Source: Candidatus Methylomirabilota bacterium (GTDB lineage Bacteria; Methylomirabilota; Methylomirabilia; Rokubacteriales; DASRDR01). From it: a stretch of DNA of 64,000 nt. The stretch covers positions 13 through 64,012 of the forward strand of contig DASYQW010000371.1 of the NCBI GenBank assembly GCA_036005065.1. Reading direction: 5' to 3'. The position numbers and the translations under genes are program-made. Shown one piece after another: positions 29,103 to 38,963 of this stretch; the stretch's first letter is position 1; each line of letters begins with the position of its first letter. Below the pieces are notes generated by a model. That model was not told the DNA's origin. It searched no databases and saw only the letters and a list, made by a program, of their open reading frames with translations.

Positions 29103-30357
29103 CCTGGTCCTCGTCCTGCTCGGCCTCGCCTACCTCCCGGTCTTCCTCGTGCGAAAGGTCTGGCGCGCGGGCTACCCGCTGGCGCTCCGCGAGCGACTCG
29201 GCGGGGTCGCGCTCCAGCCGGGGCCCGATCGGTTCTGGGTCCACGCGGTCTCGGTCGGCGAGGTCATGGCCGCGGTGCCCCTCGTCCACGCGCTCCGCCA
29301 GCGGTGGCCCGAGAGCGAGGTCGTGCTGTCCACCGTCACCGCGACCGGCGCCAGCGTCGCCCGGACGCGCCTGACCGAGACGGCGGCGGCGTTCGTGTTC
29401 CCCGTCGATCTCGCGCTGGCCACGCGGCGCGCCGTCCAGCGGGTCCGCCCCCGTTGCTTCATCGGCCTCGAGACGGAGATCTGGCCCAACCTCCTCCGCA
29501 CGCTCCGGGCGGCCGGGGTCCCGGCGGTCCTGGCCAACGGTCGGATTTCCGACCGGTCGCTCCGGCGCTACGGCTGGGCGGGCGGGCTGTTTCGCCGCGT
29601 GCTCGACGACATCCAGCTCTTCGCCATGCAGTCCGAGGAGGACGCGCGCCGCATCATCAGCCTGGGTGCCCAGCCCGAGCGCGTGGTGGTCACCGGCAAC
29701 CTCAAGATGGAGATGCCGGCCGGGGAAGGGGGCGCGGATGAGCTGTGGCGGCGGCTCCTGCACCTCGGGCCGGTGCCCGTGTGGGTGGCCGGCAGCACCC
29801 ATCGCGGGGAGGAGGGGCCGATCCTGGACGCGTATGTGGCGCTCCGCGCCCGGGTCGGGTCGCTCTGTCTCATCCTGGCTCCCCGCCACCCCGAGCGGGT
29901 GGACGAGGTGGAGGCTCTCGCCCGGGCCCGGGGGCTCGCGCCGACGCGGCGGAGTCGGATCGAGCCGGGCGCGCCGAGCGAGCTGATCCTGCTCGATACG
30001 GTCGGCGAGCTGGCCCAGCTCTACGCCGTCGCCGACGTGATCTTTGTCGGAGGAAGCCTGGTGCCCGCGGGCGGCCACAACGTCATCGAGCCCGCCCTCC
30101 ACGCCAAGCCCATCGTCTTCGGGCCCCACATGGCCAACTTCCGCGACGCGGCCCAGACGCTCCTCCGGGCGCGAGGCGCCATCCAGGTCAGGGACGCCGG
30201 TGAGCTCCCCGGCGCGCTGGGCGCCCTCCTCGCGGACGCGGCGGCCCGGCGCGAGCTCGGGGAAGCGGCCTGGCGGGCCGTCCGCGCCCACCAGGGAGCG
30301 TGTGAGCGCACGATCGAGGCGCTCGAGGCCGTGCTCGAGCGGGTGAGGCGACGGTGA
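29086..30357 (+). CDS. waaA: 3-deoxy-D-manno-octulosonic acid (Kdo) transferase
   Basis: N-terminal TM segment, then FWVHAVSVGEVMAAVPLVHAL. GT30 N-terminal domain plus a GT-B C-terminal domain. Confidence 0.85.
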   Translation: MYRLYSLVLVLLGLAYLPVFLVRKVWRAGYPLALRERLGGVALQPGPDRFWVHAVSVGEVMAAVPLVHALRQRWPESEVVLSTVTATGASVARTRLTETAAAFVFPVDLALATRRAVQRVRPRCFIGLETEIWPNLLRTLRAAGVPAVLANGRISDRSLRRYGWAGGLFRRVLDDIQLFAMQSEEDARRIISLGAQPERVVVTGNLKMEMPAGEGGADELWRRLLHLGPVPVWVAGSTHRGEEGPILDAYVALRARVGSLCLILAPRHPERVDEVEALARARGLAPTRRSRIEPGAPSELILLDTVGELAQLYAVADVIFVGGSLVPAGGHNVIEPALHAKPIVFGPHMANFRDAAQTLLRARGAIQVRDAGELPGALGALLADAAARRELGEAAWRAVRAHQGACERTIEALEAVLERVRRR

Positions 30358-30386
30358 GCGGCCGTGAGCCCATGCCCCTCGCGCTC

Positions 30387-30425
30387 GGGGGCGGAGCGCC
30401 GCCGCTCCCCTCCAGGGTGACCTGA
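30387..30425 (+). repeat. Hairpin repeat, family B copy 1 (waaA-lpxK spacer)
   Basis: GGGGGCGGAGCGCCGCCGCTCCCC, a 24-mer identical to that at 62231. It forms the stem GGGGGcGGAGCG/CGCTCCcCCCC. The downstream CC-GGG...CTGA tail is also shared. Confidence 0.65.
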
Positions 30426-30429
30426 GCAC

Positions 30430-31533
30430 GTGCTCAGCGCGACCCAGCGGGCCCGGCTCGTGCGCGCCTGGCGCGAAGGGCTCCCGGCGCCCTGGGACAC
30501 CGTGCTCGCGGTCGCCGCGCTCGCCTACCGCGCCGGGCTCGCCCTCCGCCGCGCCGCGTACGCATGCGGCCTCCGGACGACGCGGACCCTCCCGTGCCGC
30601 GTGGTAGCCATCGGTAACCTCACCATCGGCGGCACCGGGAAGACGCCGCTCGTCGAGCTCATCGCGCGGACCCTGAGCGCGCGCGGGCGGCGGGTCGCGA
30701 TCCTGAGCCGCGGCTACGGCCGGCGGGCATCGGACGGGCCGCGGCTCGTGTCGGACGGGCAGCGCCTCGTCGCGAGCGTCGCAGACGGTGGGGACGAGCC
30801 GATCTTGCTGGCGCGCCGCCTGGCCGACGTCCCGGGCGGCGTCCCGATCATCGTGGATCGCGATCGCTTCCGGGGCGGAGCCTTCACTCTGCGTCGCTTC
30901 CGGCCCGACGTCCTGCTGCTCGACGACGGCTTTCAGCAGATGCGCTTGCGCAAGGACGTCGAGGTCGTCTGTCTCGACGCGCGCGCCCCGTGGGGCCACC
31001 GCGGACTCTTCCCGCGCGGGAGCCTCCGCGAGCCGCCGGCGGCGCTCGGGCGCGCCGATCTACTCGTTCTCACCCATGCCGCCGGACGGCCGGACCTCCG
31101 CCACGTCGAGACCGAGCTGCGCGCCCGGGCGCCGTCGGCGCCGCTGGCCCTCGCGAGCTACGAGCCCGAGGCGGTCGAGGATCTGGGCGCCGGCACCGTG
31201 ACCGGCGTCGGCGTGCTCCGCGGCCGACGTGTCGTGGCGTTCGCCGGGATCGCCGTGCCCGAGAACTTCGCCGCCACCCTCGCCGAGCTGGGCGTGACGC
31301 CACTCGACTTCGTCCCGTTCCCCGATCACCACCCGTACGAGCCGGGCGACCTCGCGACGCTGGAGGCCCGCGCGCGCGCCGTCGCGGCCGAGGTGCTCCT
31401 GACCACCGAGAAGGATGCCGTCCGCCTCCCGCCGCCGGGGACGCTGCCGGTGTGGGTGCTGCGGGTGCGGCTGCGGCTCCGGGGCGACGCCGCCTGGTGG
31501 GCGGTGCTCGACGCGCATCTGGGGACGCCGTGA
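30430..31533 (+). CDS. lpxK: Tetraacyldisaccharide 4'-kinase
   Basis: P-loop [13 protein letters not shown]; 367 aa. Confidence 0.85.
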   Translation: MLSATQRARLVRAWREGLPAPWDTVLAVAALAYRAGLALRRAAYACGLRTTRTLPCRVVAIGNLTIGGTGKTPLVELIARTLSARGRRVAILSRGYGRRASDGPRLVSDGQRLVASVADGGDEPILLARRLADVPGGVPIIVDRDRFRGGAFTLRRFRPDVLLLDDGFQQMRLRKDVEVVCLDARAPWGHRGLFPRGSLREPPAALGRADLLVLTHAAGRPDLRHVETELRARAPSAPLALASYEPEAVEDLGAGTVTGVGVLRGRRVVAFAGIAVPENFAATLAELGVTPLDFVPFPDHHPYEPGDLATLEARARAVAAEVLLTTEKDAVRLPPPGTLPVWVLRVRLRLRGDAAWWAVLDAHLGTP

Positions 31534-31588
31534 GGGGGACCGGGCCCACCGCCGGCCTCGGTGCCGCTGACCGTCGGAGGGGCGCCCG

Positions 31589-32635
31589 GTGAGCCGATCC
31601 GTCGCACCGATCCCGGTCGGCGAGATCCGGCGGGCCCTGGTCCGCTGCCCGAACTGGCTGGGCGACACGGTGATGGCGCTGCCGACCATCCACGCGCTGC
31701 GCGACGCCCTGCCACGGGCCGAGCTCTGGGGCCTCGGGCCCTGGGTGCCCGCCGTCCTCGCGACGGAGCCGGCCCTCAACCGCCTGCTCCCGTACCCGCG
31801 GCGCTGGGCCGACCGCTGGGCCCTCACCCGCGAGCTCCGTCAGGCCGACCTCGATCTCGCGCTACTCCTCCCGAATTCCTTCGAGAGCGCGCTCGGCGCC
31901 TGGCTGGCCGGCGCACGCCGGCGCGTCGGGTACTCGGGCGACGGTCGGGCGGCGCTGCTGACCCACCCGGTGCCGCCGTCGGCCGAGCGCTGCCACCAGG
32001 TTGCGGAGTATCTGGCCCTCCTCCGTCCGCTCGGGCTCGCGCCCCGCATGACGGCTCCCACGCTCGCCGTCGCCCCCACGCACCGGGACGAAGCCCGCCG
32101 ACTCCTGCGAGAGGTCGGGGTGCGCTCCCGGGACCGTCCGGTCGCGATCCAGCTCGGCGCCGCCTTCGGTCCGTCGAAGCTCTGGCCCGCCGAGCGTCTC
32201 GCCGCGCTCGCCTCCCGTCTCGAGGCGGACGGGACGCCGGTCGTGTTCCTCGGAAGCCCGGAAGCCGCGGCGCTCCTCGCCGCCGTGGAGCACGCGATGG
32301 CGGCACCGCCCCGGACTCTGGTGGGCCGGGACCACGTCGCCCTCCTTCCCGCCCTCCTGGCGGAGTTCGCAGTGCTGGTGACGCCGGACAGCGGACCCGC
32401 ACACCTGGGCGCCGCGGTGGGCGTCCCGGTCGTCGCGCTGTTCGGTCCGACCGATCCACGTCGGTCGGCGCCGCTCGGGAGCCGCCACCTCGCGCTCTGG
32501 CGGCCGCCACCCTGCGCGCCTTGCTACCAGCCGCACTGTCCCATCGACCACCGATGCGTCCGCGCCATCACCGTGGACGAGGTGAGGCGCGCGGTCCACG
32601 AGCGGCTCCAGGTCGACCCGCGCGCTCCGGCATGA
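31589..32635 (+). CDS. ADP-heptose:LPS heptosyltransferase (GT9)
   Basis: VRCPNWLGDTVMALPTIHALR... the GT9 signature; 348 aa. Confidence 0.8.
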   Translation: MSRSVAPIPVGEIRRALVRCPNWLGDTVMALPTIHALRDALPRAELWGLGPWVPAVLATEPALNRLLPYPRRWADRWALTRELRQADLDLALLLPNSFESALGAWLAGARRRVGYSGDGRAALLTHPVPPSAERCHQVAEYLALLRPLGLAPRMTAPTLAVAPTHRDEARRLLREVGVRSRDRPVAIQLGAAFGPSKLWPAERLAALASRLEADGTPVVFLGSPEAAALLAAVEHAMAAPPRTLVGRDHVALLPALLAEFAVLVTPDSGPAHLGAAVGVPVVALFGPTDPRRSAPLGSRHLALWRPPPCAPCYQPHCPIDHRCVRAITVDEVRRAVHERLQVDPRAPA

Positions 32636-33747
32636 GACGGTTTCGGGTGCTCCACCTGATCGCCAACCGCTGGTGGACGGGGAGCGCGGACCCCGCACTC
32701 GGTCTCGCCCACAGCCTGCGGGGGCGCGGGCACGACGTCGCGTTCGCCTGCATCCGCGGCGACGCCCTCGAGGCCCGGGCGCTCGCCGTGGGTCTGGTGC
32801 CGGTGGACAGCCTGTCGCTCGAGCGCACCGCGCGTCCCTGGGTTCTCCTGCGCGACGTCCGCGCGCTGCGCCGGCTCCTCCGCGCGCGCCGGATCGAGAT
32901 CGTCCACGCCCACCTGAGCCACGACCACTGGCTGGCGGCCGTGGCCGCCCGGGGTCTCCCGGTCGTCCTGGTGCGGACCGTCCATCACCGTCGCGCGATC
33001 CGCCGGGGTCCGGCGCTCCGGTGGCTCTTCCGACGGACGGGCGCGGTCCTGGCCGCCAGCGAGGCCATCGCCGAGGCGGCCTGGGGAGCCGGGCTCCTCC
33101 GCGCGCGTCCGACCGTGGTGCCGGGCGCGGTCGACGTCGGCCGCTTCTCCCCCCGGGCCGACAGCCGGCCCGTGCGGGCCGAGCTCCAGCTCGGCACCCG
33201 CCCCGTGGTGGGCTCGGTCGCGCGCCTCGTCCCCGGACGCGGCCACGACGTCCTGCTCCGCGCCGCCGGTCGGCTGCGTGCGCGGTTCCCGGCCCTCCGG
33301 GTCCTGCTCGTCGGGCGAGGGGAGGGGCGGCCCGCGGTGGAACGGCTGGTGCGTGACCTCGCACTCGAGGAGGTCGTGATCTTCGCCGGGTACCGTGACG
33401 CCGATCTGCCGCAGGTGCTGGCAGCGATGGACTGCTTCGCGCTCCTCGGGGGCGGCGCGGAGGAGTCAGGGCGGGCGGTCATCGAGGCGATGGCGGCGGA
33501 GCGACCGGTCGTCGTCGGCCGGTTCGGCGCGATGCCCGAGACCGTGGTGGACGGGGAGACGGGCTGGCTGGTCGATCCGCAGCCGGAGGCGGTGATGGAG
33601 CGCCTGGCGGCGGTCTTCGCCGATCCCGGGCGGGCCCGGGCGATGGGCGCCGCGGGGCGTCAGCGAGTGCTGGCGCGATTCACGCCGGAGCGCCGCGCGG
33701 TCGCCGTCGAGGAGGCATATGCCCGCGCCCTGACCGGGAGCGCCTGA
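32632..33747 (+). CDS. Glycosyltransferase family 4 (GT-B, group 1)
   Basis: ATG 32632 overlaps the GT9 stop. The C-terminal EX7E-type motif region (...ESGRAVIEAMAAERPVV...) is present. The 728-aa track ORF is a run-on. Confidence 0.75.
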   Translation: MRRFRVLHLIANRWWTGSADPALGLAHSLRGRGHDVAFACIRGDALEARALAVGLVPVDSLSLERTARPWVLLRDVRALRRLLRARRIEIVHAHLSHDHWLAAVAARGLPVVLVRTVHHRRAIRRGPALRWLFRRTGAVLAASEAIAEAAWGAGLLRARPTVVPGAVDVGRFSPRADSRPVRAELQLGTRPVVGSVARLVPGRGHDVLLRAAGRLRARFPALRVLLVGRGEGRPAVERLVRDLALEEVVIFAGYRDADLPQVLAAMDCFALLGGGAEESGRAVIEAMAAERPVVVGRFGAMPETVVDGETGWLVDPQPEAVMERLAAVFADPGRARAMGAAGRQRVLARFTPERRAVAVEEAYARALTGSA

Positions 33748-33823
33748 CATCGGGCAGTTCGGCCGGTGACTCCGTCGTGCTACAATCCCCCGGGTCCGGC
33801 GCCGACTGGTCCCCGAGACACCA

Positions 33824-35035
33824 ATGTCCGTTTCCGCGAGTGCTCGCCTCCGCAAGCCCCGAGCCCCGTCCACGCTCGCGACCGCGCGCGCCTGGGTCAC
33901 GGCCACCGCCGATCGCCTGGGCTTGTGCCGCTCGCTGGGTTACTTCGCGCTGACCCGCCTGTCGCTCTTCATCGTGGCGGCCTGCGCAATCCGTATCGTC
34001 CCGGCCGGCATCCAGTCCCCGACCGAGGTGTACCTGGGCCAGAGCCTCTCGATCGCGACCTGGGTGCGGTGGGACTCCTGGTGGTACCTGAACGTCGTCG
34101 AGCGCGGGTACTGGTTCGATCCGACCGGCAAGTCGAACGTGGCCTTCTTCCCGCTTTTCCCCCTGACCATCAAGGCGCTCACGGCGGTGACCGGCAACCA
34201 GGTCGTGGCCGGACTGCTCATCGCGAACCTGGCGGCGGTGGGCGGAGTGATCGCGTTCTGGGTCTGGGTGCGAGACCAGGCCGGCCCCGTCGCGGCCGAG
34301 CGGGCGGTGCTGTGGCTTCTGGTCTTTCCCTTCTCCTTCTTCTTCCACAGCATCTACGCGGAGTCGCTCTTCTTCCTGCTGGCGACCCTGGCCTTCATCG
34401 CGGCGGGCCGGAAGCGCTGGCCACTGGCCGGCCTGTGGGGGGGGCTGGCGGCCGCCACCCGGCCGATGGGCGTCCTGCTGTTCCCGGCGTTCGCCTGGCC
34501 GCTCTACCGGCGCTGGCGAGCGGGCCACGACGTCGAGATGAAGGACGTGCTCGGCGTGTGCCTGGTGCCGGCTGGTCTGGCTGCCTACGCGGTGTACCTG
34601 TGGTTGGCCTTCGGGAACCCGCTGGCATTCTGGGACGCGCACGCCAACGGCTGGAACGTGCGCTTTCACTGGGACCTGGCCGGCTACTGGCGGGAGACCT
34701 ACTGGATCCTCACCCGGGGTCCCCGCATCCAGGCCTACACGCGGCTCCTCGACTCGCTCCGCGTCGTCCTGCCGCTGGTCTTCATCGCACTGACGGTGAA
34801 GGTCTTCCACCGGCTCGGCTCGACGGCCGGGATCTACACGGCCGCCACCGTCTTCGTCGGCGTTCTGTTCGCGCCGGAGAGCGTGGGGCGCGAGCTCCTG
34901 GCCGCCGTCCCGGCCTTCGCCGCCGCCGGCATCGCGGATCGCGATGGCAGCCTGGCCGAGGGTCTGCGGCTGCTGTCCTTCGGGCTCCTGGTGGTCTTCC
35001 TCTTCGCGTTCGCGACCGCGCACTTCGTGGGTTAG
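33824..35035 (+). CDS. Polytopic membrane glycosyltransferase, GT-C fold, PIG-V/GT76-like (Mannosyl_trans2)
   Basis: The RWDSWWYLNVVERGYWFDPTGKSNVAFFPLFPL motif matches the WDxxxYxxIAxxGY...AFFPLxP signature of the GT76 mannosyltransferase family. About 10 TM helices. Confidence 0.5.
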   Translation: MSVSASARLRKPRAPSTLATARAWVTATADRLGLCRSLGYFALTRLSLFIVAACAIRIVPAGIQSPTEVYLGQSLSIATWVRWDSWWYLNVVERGYWFDPTGKSNVAFFPLFPLTIKALTAVTGNQVVAGLLIANLAAVGGVIAFWVWVRDQAGPVAAERAVLWLLVFPFSFFFHSIYAESLFFLLATLAFIAAGRKRWPLAGLWGGLAAATRPMGVLLFPAFAWPLYRRWRAGHDVEMKDVLGVCLVPAGLAAYAVYLWLAFGNPLAFWDAHANGWNVRFHWDLAGYWRETYWILTRGPRIQAYTRLLDSLRVVLPLVFIALTVKVFHRLGSTAGIYTAATVFVGVLFAPESVGRELLAAVPAFAAAGIADRDGSLAEGLRLLSFGLLVVFLFAFATAHFVG

Positions 35036-35091
35036 CGGTGTCCCGGAGTAATGCTGTGCCCAGGGCCGGCCGGGCAGTGCACGGAGGAATG

Positions 35092-35168
35092 CTCCGAGCG
35101 GCGGGTTTGCCGCCGCAACCTCTCCTCCTGGGGGAGGTCTCGGAGGGGGCCGTCGAGGCCCCCTCCGA
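35092..35168 (+). repeat. Intergenic two-hairpin repeat, family A copy 2
   Basis: CTCCGAGCGGCGGGTTTGCCGCCGCAACC...TCTCGGAGGGGGCCGTCGAGGCCCCCTCCGA; about 85% identical to copy 1. Confidence 0.75.
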
Positions 35169-35180
35169 TGAGCTAGCGCG

Positions 35181-35546
35181 GTGAAACGCGTCCTGGTCGT
35201 GGACGACGACGCCAATCTCTGCGAGGTACTCGGCGAGTTCCTCGAGCGGGACGGGTACGCGGTCACGATGGCCCACGATGGGCACGCCGCGCTCGAGTTC
35301 CTGCGGCAGGGCGGGATCGATCTGGTGATCCTGGACATCAACATGCCGGGGCTCGGCGGGGCGAGCCTGGTCCAGATGATCCGAACCGATCCGGAGTGGA
35401 GGGCCGTGGCCGAGGTGCCGATCATCGTCGTGTCGGCGCTGTGGGACGTCGTGACGTTCGATCTCGACGTCCAGGGTGGATTCGCCAAGCCGGTGAGGTA
35501 CGAGCAGCTCAAGCCGAAGATCCGCGAGCTCATCGGGCCGGGGTGA
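35181..35546 (+). CDS. Single-domain response regulator (CheY-like receiver only)
   Basis: VLVVDDDANL...DLVILDINMPG...; conserved Asp pocket; no output domain; no cognate kinase in the window. Confidence 0.75.
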   Translation: MKRVLVVDDDANLCEVLGEFLERDGYAVTMAHDGHAALEFLRQGGIDLVILDINMPGLGGASLVQMIRTDPEWRAVAEVPIIVVSALWDVVTFDLDVQGGFAKPVRYEQLKPKIRELIGPG

Positions 35547-35584
35547 TCGAAGCACCCGCAGGCGTCGCGGGTGCGAAAAACCGC

Positions 35585-35612
35585 TTTCCAGCTTCGAGGC
35601 GATCCGTATAAT
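35585..35612 (+). promoter_or_regulatory. Candidate sigma70 promoter upstream of hldA
   Basis: TTTCCA-16 nt-TATAAT (perfect -10 at 35607-12). It is preceded by an 8-bp hairpin GCACCCGC/GCGGGTGC at 35553-35576 that could terminate the upstream unit. Confidence 0.4.
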
Positions 35613-35644
35613 GAGGCCGATGGTCTCCGGGATGGTTCTGCACG

Positions 35645-36688
35645 GTGGTTAGCGCCGACGGCGCGCGTCTGCTTCGCGCCGTCGAGGCGTTCCAGGGCAA
35701 GACCGTCCTAGTCCTCGGCGACATGGTCGCCGACGAATACGTCTACGGCAAGCCGGCGCGGATCTCCCGCGAAGCCCCGGTCCTCATTCTCCGCTACCTG
35801 TCCCGCGACGTTCGCCTCGGCGGCGCCGCCAACGCGTGTCACAACCTGCATACTCTGGGAGCCCGCGTGCTTCCCCTCGGAGTGGTGGGCGCCGACTGGG
35901 CCGGAGGCGCTCTCCGCGCGCTGTTCGGGGAGCTCGGGGTCACCGCCGAGGGGCTGGTGACGGTGGCCGACCGCGCGACGCCGGTCAAGACGCGGATCAT
36001 GGCCGGGGGCTACGTCGCGACGCGACAGCAGCTCTGCCGGATCGATCGGGAGCCCGAGGGGCCGCTGCCGGTGACGGCCGAGGCGGCGCTGCTGGAGCGC
36101 TTGCGGACGTGGGCCCCCCGAGTCGACGCGGTCGTGCTGTCCGACTACGGGTACGAGACGATCGGCGGGCAGCTTCTCGACGAGGTCCGGCAGCTCGACG
36201 GGGGTGGCGTCATCGTCAGCGCCGACTCGCGGTACGACCTGCTCCGCTTCGGCGAGATCACGGCGGCCACACCCAACGAGCCGGAGGTGGAGCAGCTCCT
36301 CGGCATCTCGCTCGACGGTGACAAGGCCGTCGAGGAGGCCGGCTGGCGGCTCCTCGCGCGGCTCTCGACCCGCCTCCTGCTCGTGACCCGCGGCTCCAAG
36401 GGCCTCGCCCTCTTCGAGCGGGGCGGCGACGCGACCTTCATCCCCATCTACGGCAGTGACGAGATCGCCGACGTGACCGGGGCGGGCGATACGGTCATCA
36501 GCACGTTCACCCTCGCGTTGGCCGCCGGCGCCGGACCCCTGGAGGCTGCCCGTCTGTCGAATTACGCCGGCGGCGTCGTGGTCATGAAGCGCGGCACGGC
36601 ACCCGTCACACGGGGCGAGCTGTGCGAGGCCATTCGGCAGGACGCGCGCGCCGGCAGCCGGGATGACCGGGAAGGTCCTCGCTCTTGA
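35645..36688 (+). CDS. hldA: D-glycero-beta-D-manno-heptose-7-phosphate kinase (RfaE domain I; PfkB sugar kinase)
   Basis: [26 protein letters not shown]..., with the ribokinase-family C-terminal GAGDT motif. It is a separate ORF from the adenylyltransferase. Confidence 0.8.
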   Translation: MVSADGARLLRAVEAFQGKTVLVLGDMVADEYVYGKPARISREAPVLILRYLSRDVRLGGAANACHNLHTLGARVLPLGVVGADWAGGALRALFGELGVTAEGLVTVADRATPVKTRIMAGGYVATRQQLCRIDREPEGPLPVTAEAALLERLRTWAPRVDAVVLSDYGYETIGGQLLDEVRQLDGGGVIVSADSRYDLLRFGEITAATPNEPEVEQLLGISLDGDKAVEEAGWRLLARLSTRLLLVTRGSKGLALFERGGDATFIPIYGSDEIADVTGAGDTVISTFTLALAAGAGPLEAARLSNYAGGVVVMKRGTAPVTRGELCEAIRQDARAGSRDDREGPRS

Positions 36689-37154
36689 GCAGGTCCGCGC
36701 GGTGGCGGCCGCCGCCCGCGCGCGAGACCGCCGCATCGTCCTGGCCAACGGATGCTTCGATCTCCTCCACGTGGGCCACGTCCGCTACCTCGCCGCCGCG
36801 CGGGCCCTGGGCGACATCCTCATCGTGGGCCTCAACTCCGACGCCTCCGTCCGGCGACTGAAGGGCCCCGGCCGTCCCCTCATGCCCGCCGCCGAGCGGG
36901 CCGAGCTTCTGGCAGCGCTGGCGGCCGTCGACCATGTGGTGATCTTCGACGATGACACCGCCGACGGCCTGGTGAGGCTGCTGCGCCCTGCCGTGCACGC
37001 CAAGGGCACCGACTACAGTCCCGAGTCCGTCCCCGAGGCAGCCACGGTCCGGGACAGCGGCGGAGAGGTCGCGATCGCGGGGGACGACAAGCGCCACTCG
37101 AGCCGCGACCTCATCGCCGAGATCCTCGCCCGATTCGGCGCGCCCGGGCCGTGA
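36663..37154 (+). CDS. hldC: D-glycero-beta-D-manno-heptose-1-phosphate adenylyltransferase (RfaE domain II)
   Basis: Cytidylyltransferase-like: [17 protein letters not shown]...GLNSD; overlaps hldA by 26 nt. Confidence 0.8.
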   Translation: MTGKVLALEQVRAVAAAARARDRRIVLANGCFDLLHVGHVRYLAAARALGDILIVGLNSDASVRRLKGPGRPLMPAAERAELLAALAAVDHVVIFDDDTADGLVRLLRPAVHAKGTDYSPESVPEAATVRDSGGEVAIAGDDKRHSSRDLIAEILARFGAPGP

Positions 37155-37230
37155 CGGGCCCGAGCGCGATCGGCGACGTGGACGGGGTCGGCGTCGCGGC
37201 CGAGCTCACGGCCGGCGAAGAGCCGCGCGC

Positions 37231-38202
37231 GTGAAGTGCCTGGTGACGGGCTGCGCCGGGTTCATCGGCTCCCAGCTGGCGGAGCGTCTCGTGGCCGACG
37301 GCCATCGGGTCACGGGGGTCGACGCCTTCACCGATTACTACGCGCCGAGTCTCAAGGAGGCGAACCTCGAGGCGCTCCAGGGGGCGCCGGCTTTCACGCT
37401 CCTGCGGGGCAACCTGCTCGACGTCGATCCGGCCGTGCTCCTCGACGGCGTGGACGTCGTGTTCCACCTGGCGGCCCAGGCGGGGGTGCGGGCGAGCTGG
37501 GGCCGCGCCTTCCGGATCTACACGGACTGGAACATCCTGGCCACCCAGCGCCTCCTCGAAGCCGCCCGCGACCGCCGGCTCCGCCGGTTCGTCTACGCGT
37601 CGTCGTCCGCGGTGTACGGCCGGTCCGAGGTCCCCATGCGCGAGGAGAGTCCCGCGCGGCCGCTCTCCCCGTACGGGGTGACGAAGCTCGCCGGCGAGCA
37701 CCTGGCGAGCCTCTACGCCGCCGCCTACGGTGTCCCCACCGTGTCCCTCCGCTACTTCACCGTGTTCGGACCGCGCCAGCGCCCGGACATGGCGTTCCAC
37801 CGCTTCATCCGCGCCCTTCGGGCCGGCCGGCCGATCCCCGTCTTCGGGGACGGCGGCCAGACCCGTGACTTCACCTTCGTCGCGGACATCGTGGAGGCGA
37901 CGTGCCGGGCGGCGGCCGCCGACCTCCCTGCGGGCGAGGTCGTCAACGTGGCCGGCGGCGTCCGGATCGAGCTGCGCGAGGCCATCGCGGAGCTCGAGCG
38001 CCTCACGGGGCGGAAGGCCCGGGTCCAGGCGGGGGCGGGAGCCGCCGGCGAGATGCCCCACACCTACGCCGACATCGGGCGCGCCGCTCGGCTCCTCGGG
38101 TGGGCTCCCAAGACGCCGCTCGCCGACGGCCTCCGCGAAGAGATCGCCTGGGTCGACCGCCTCGAGGCGGCTGGCGCGCTTCCGGCCGACGGGTCGGGAT
38201 GA
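37231..38202 (+). CDS. NAD-dependent epimerase/dehydratase (extended SDR; UDP-sugar 4-epimerase-like)
   Basis: GxxGxxG motif (TGCAGFIGS), YxxxK, and the YFTVFGPRQRPDMAFHRF block typical of UDP-glucuronate/UDP-hexose 4-epimerases. It is not a good match to HldD. Confidence 0.7.
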   Translation: MKCLVTGCAGFIGSQLAERLVADGHRVTGVDAFTDYYAPSLKEANLEALQGAPAFTLLRGNLLDVDPAVLLDGVDVVFHLAAQAGVRASWGRAFRIYTDWNILATQRLLEAARDRRLRRFVYASSSAVYGRSEVPMREESPARPLSPYGVTKLAGEHLASLYAAAYGVPTVSLRYFTVFGPRQRPDMAFHRFIRALRAGRPIPVFGDGGQTRDFTFVADIVEATCRAAAADLPAGEVVNVAGGVRIELREAIAELERLTGRKARVQAGAGAAGEMPHTYADIGRAARLLGWAPKTPLADGLREEIAWVDRLEAAGALPADGSG

Positions 38203-38963
38203 CGCGCGCGATCGCCGTCATCCCGGCCCGCTGGGCGTCCAAGCGGTTCCCGGGAAAGGCCCTGGCGGTGGCCGGAGGGAAGCCCCTCATCCGCCACGTC
38301 TGGGAGCGGGCACGGCACCTCACGGCGGTCGAGCGGGTGCTCGTCGCCACCGACGACGAGCGAATCGCCGGGACGGTCCGCGCGTTCGGGGGCGCGGTGG
38401 CCATGACGAGCCCGACGCATCCGAGCGGAACCGACCGCGTGGCCGAGGCGGTGCGGGGCGATCCGGCCGAGCTCGTGGTGAACCTCCAGGGGGACGAGCC
38501 GACCTTCGACGTCAAGGCGGTCGACGAGCTGGTGCGGCTGATGGCCGACGACCCGGTGATCCAGATGGGGACGCTCGCCCACCCGATCCGGGACGATGCC
38601 GAGCTCACGGACATCAACGCCACCAAGGTCGTCCTCGACCAGGGCGGCTATGCCCTCTACTTCTCCCGAGCGCCCATCCCGTACCGCCGACAGCCCGGGT
38701 TGGTGACGCCGCTGCGTCACATCGGGATCTACGTCTTTCGGGCCGGCTTCCTCCAGCGCTTCGCCGGCCTCCGGCCCACCCCGCTCGAGCTGACGGAGAC
38801 GCTCGAGCAGCTCCGGACCCTGGAGCACGGCGTCCGCATCCGGGTGCTCCTGACGCCGCACGCGTCGCTCGGCGTCGACACGCCCGCCGACCTCGAGCGC
38901 TTCGCGGCGCACCTGGCGGCCGGCGGGGGCGCAGATTCGCGCGAGGGGCAGGCTCGGCTGTGA
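38199..38963 (+). CDS. kdsB: 3-deoxy-manno-octulosonate cytidylyltransferase (CMP-Kdo synthetase)
   Basis: MTRAIAVIPARWASKRFPGKAL...; ATGA overlap with the upstream gene; 254 aa. Confidence 0.85.
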   Translation: MTRAIAVIPARWASKRFPGKALAVAGGKPLIRHVWERARHLTAVERVLVATDDERIAGTVRAFGGAVAMTSPTHPSGTDRVAEAVRGDPAELVVNLQGDEPTFDVKAVDELVRLMADDPVIQMGTLAHPIRDDAELTDINATKVVLDQGGYALYFSRAPIPYRRQPGLVTPLRHIGIYVFRAGFLQRFAGLRPTPLELTETLEQLRTLEHGVRIRVLLTPHASLGVDTPADLERFAAHLAAGGGADSREGQARL

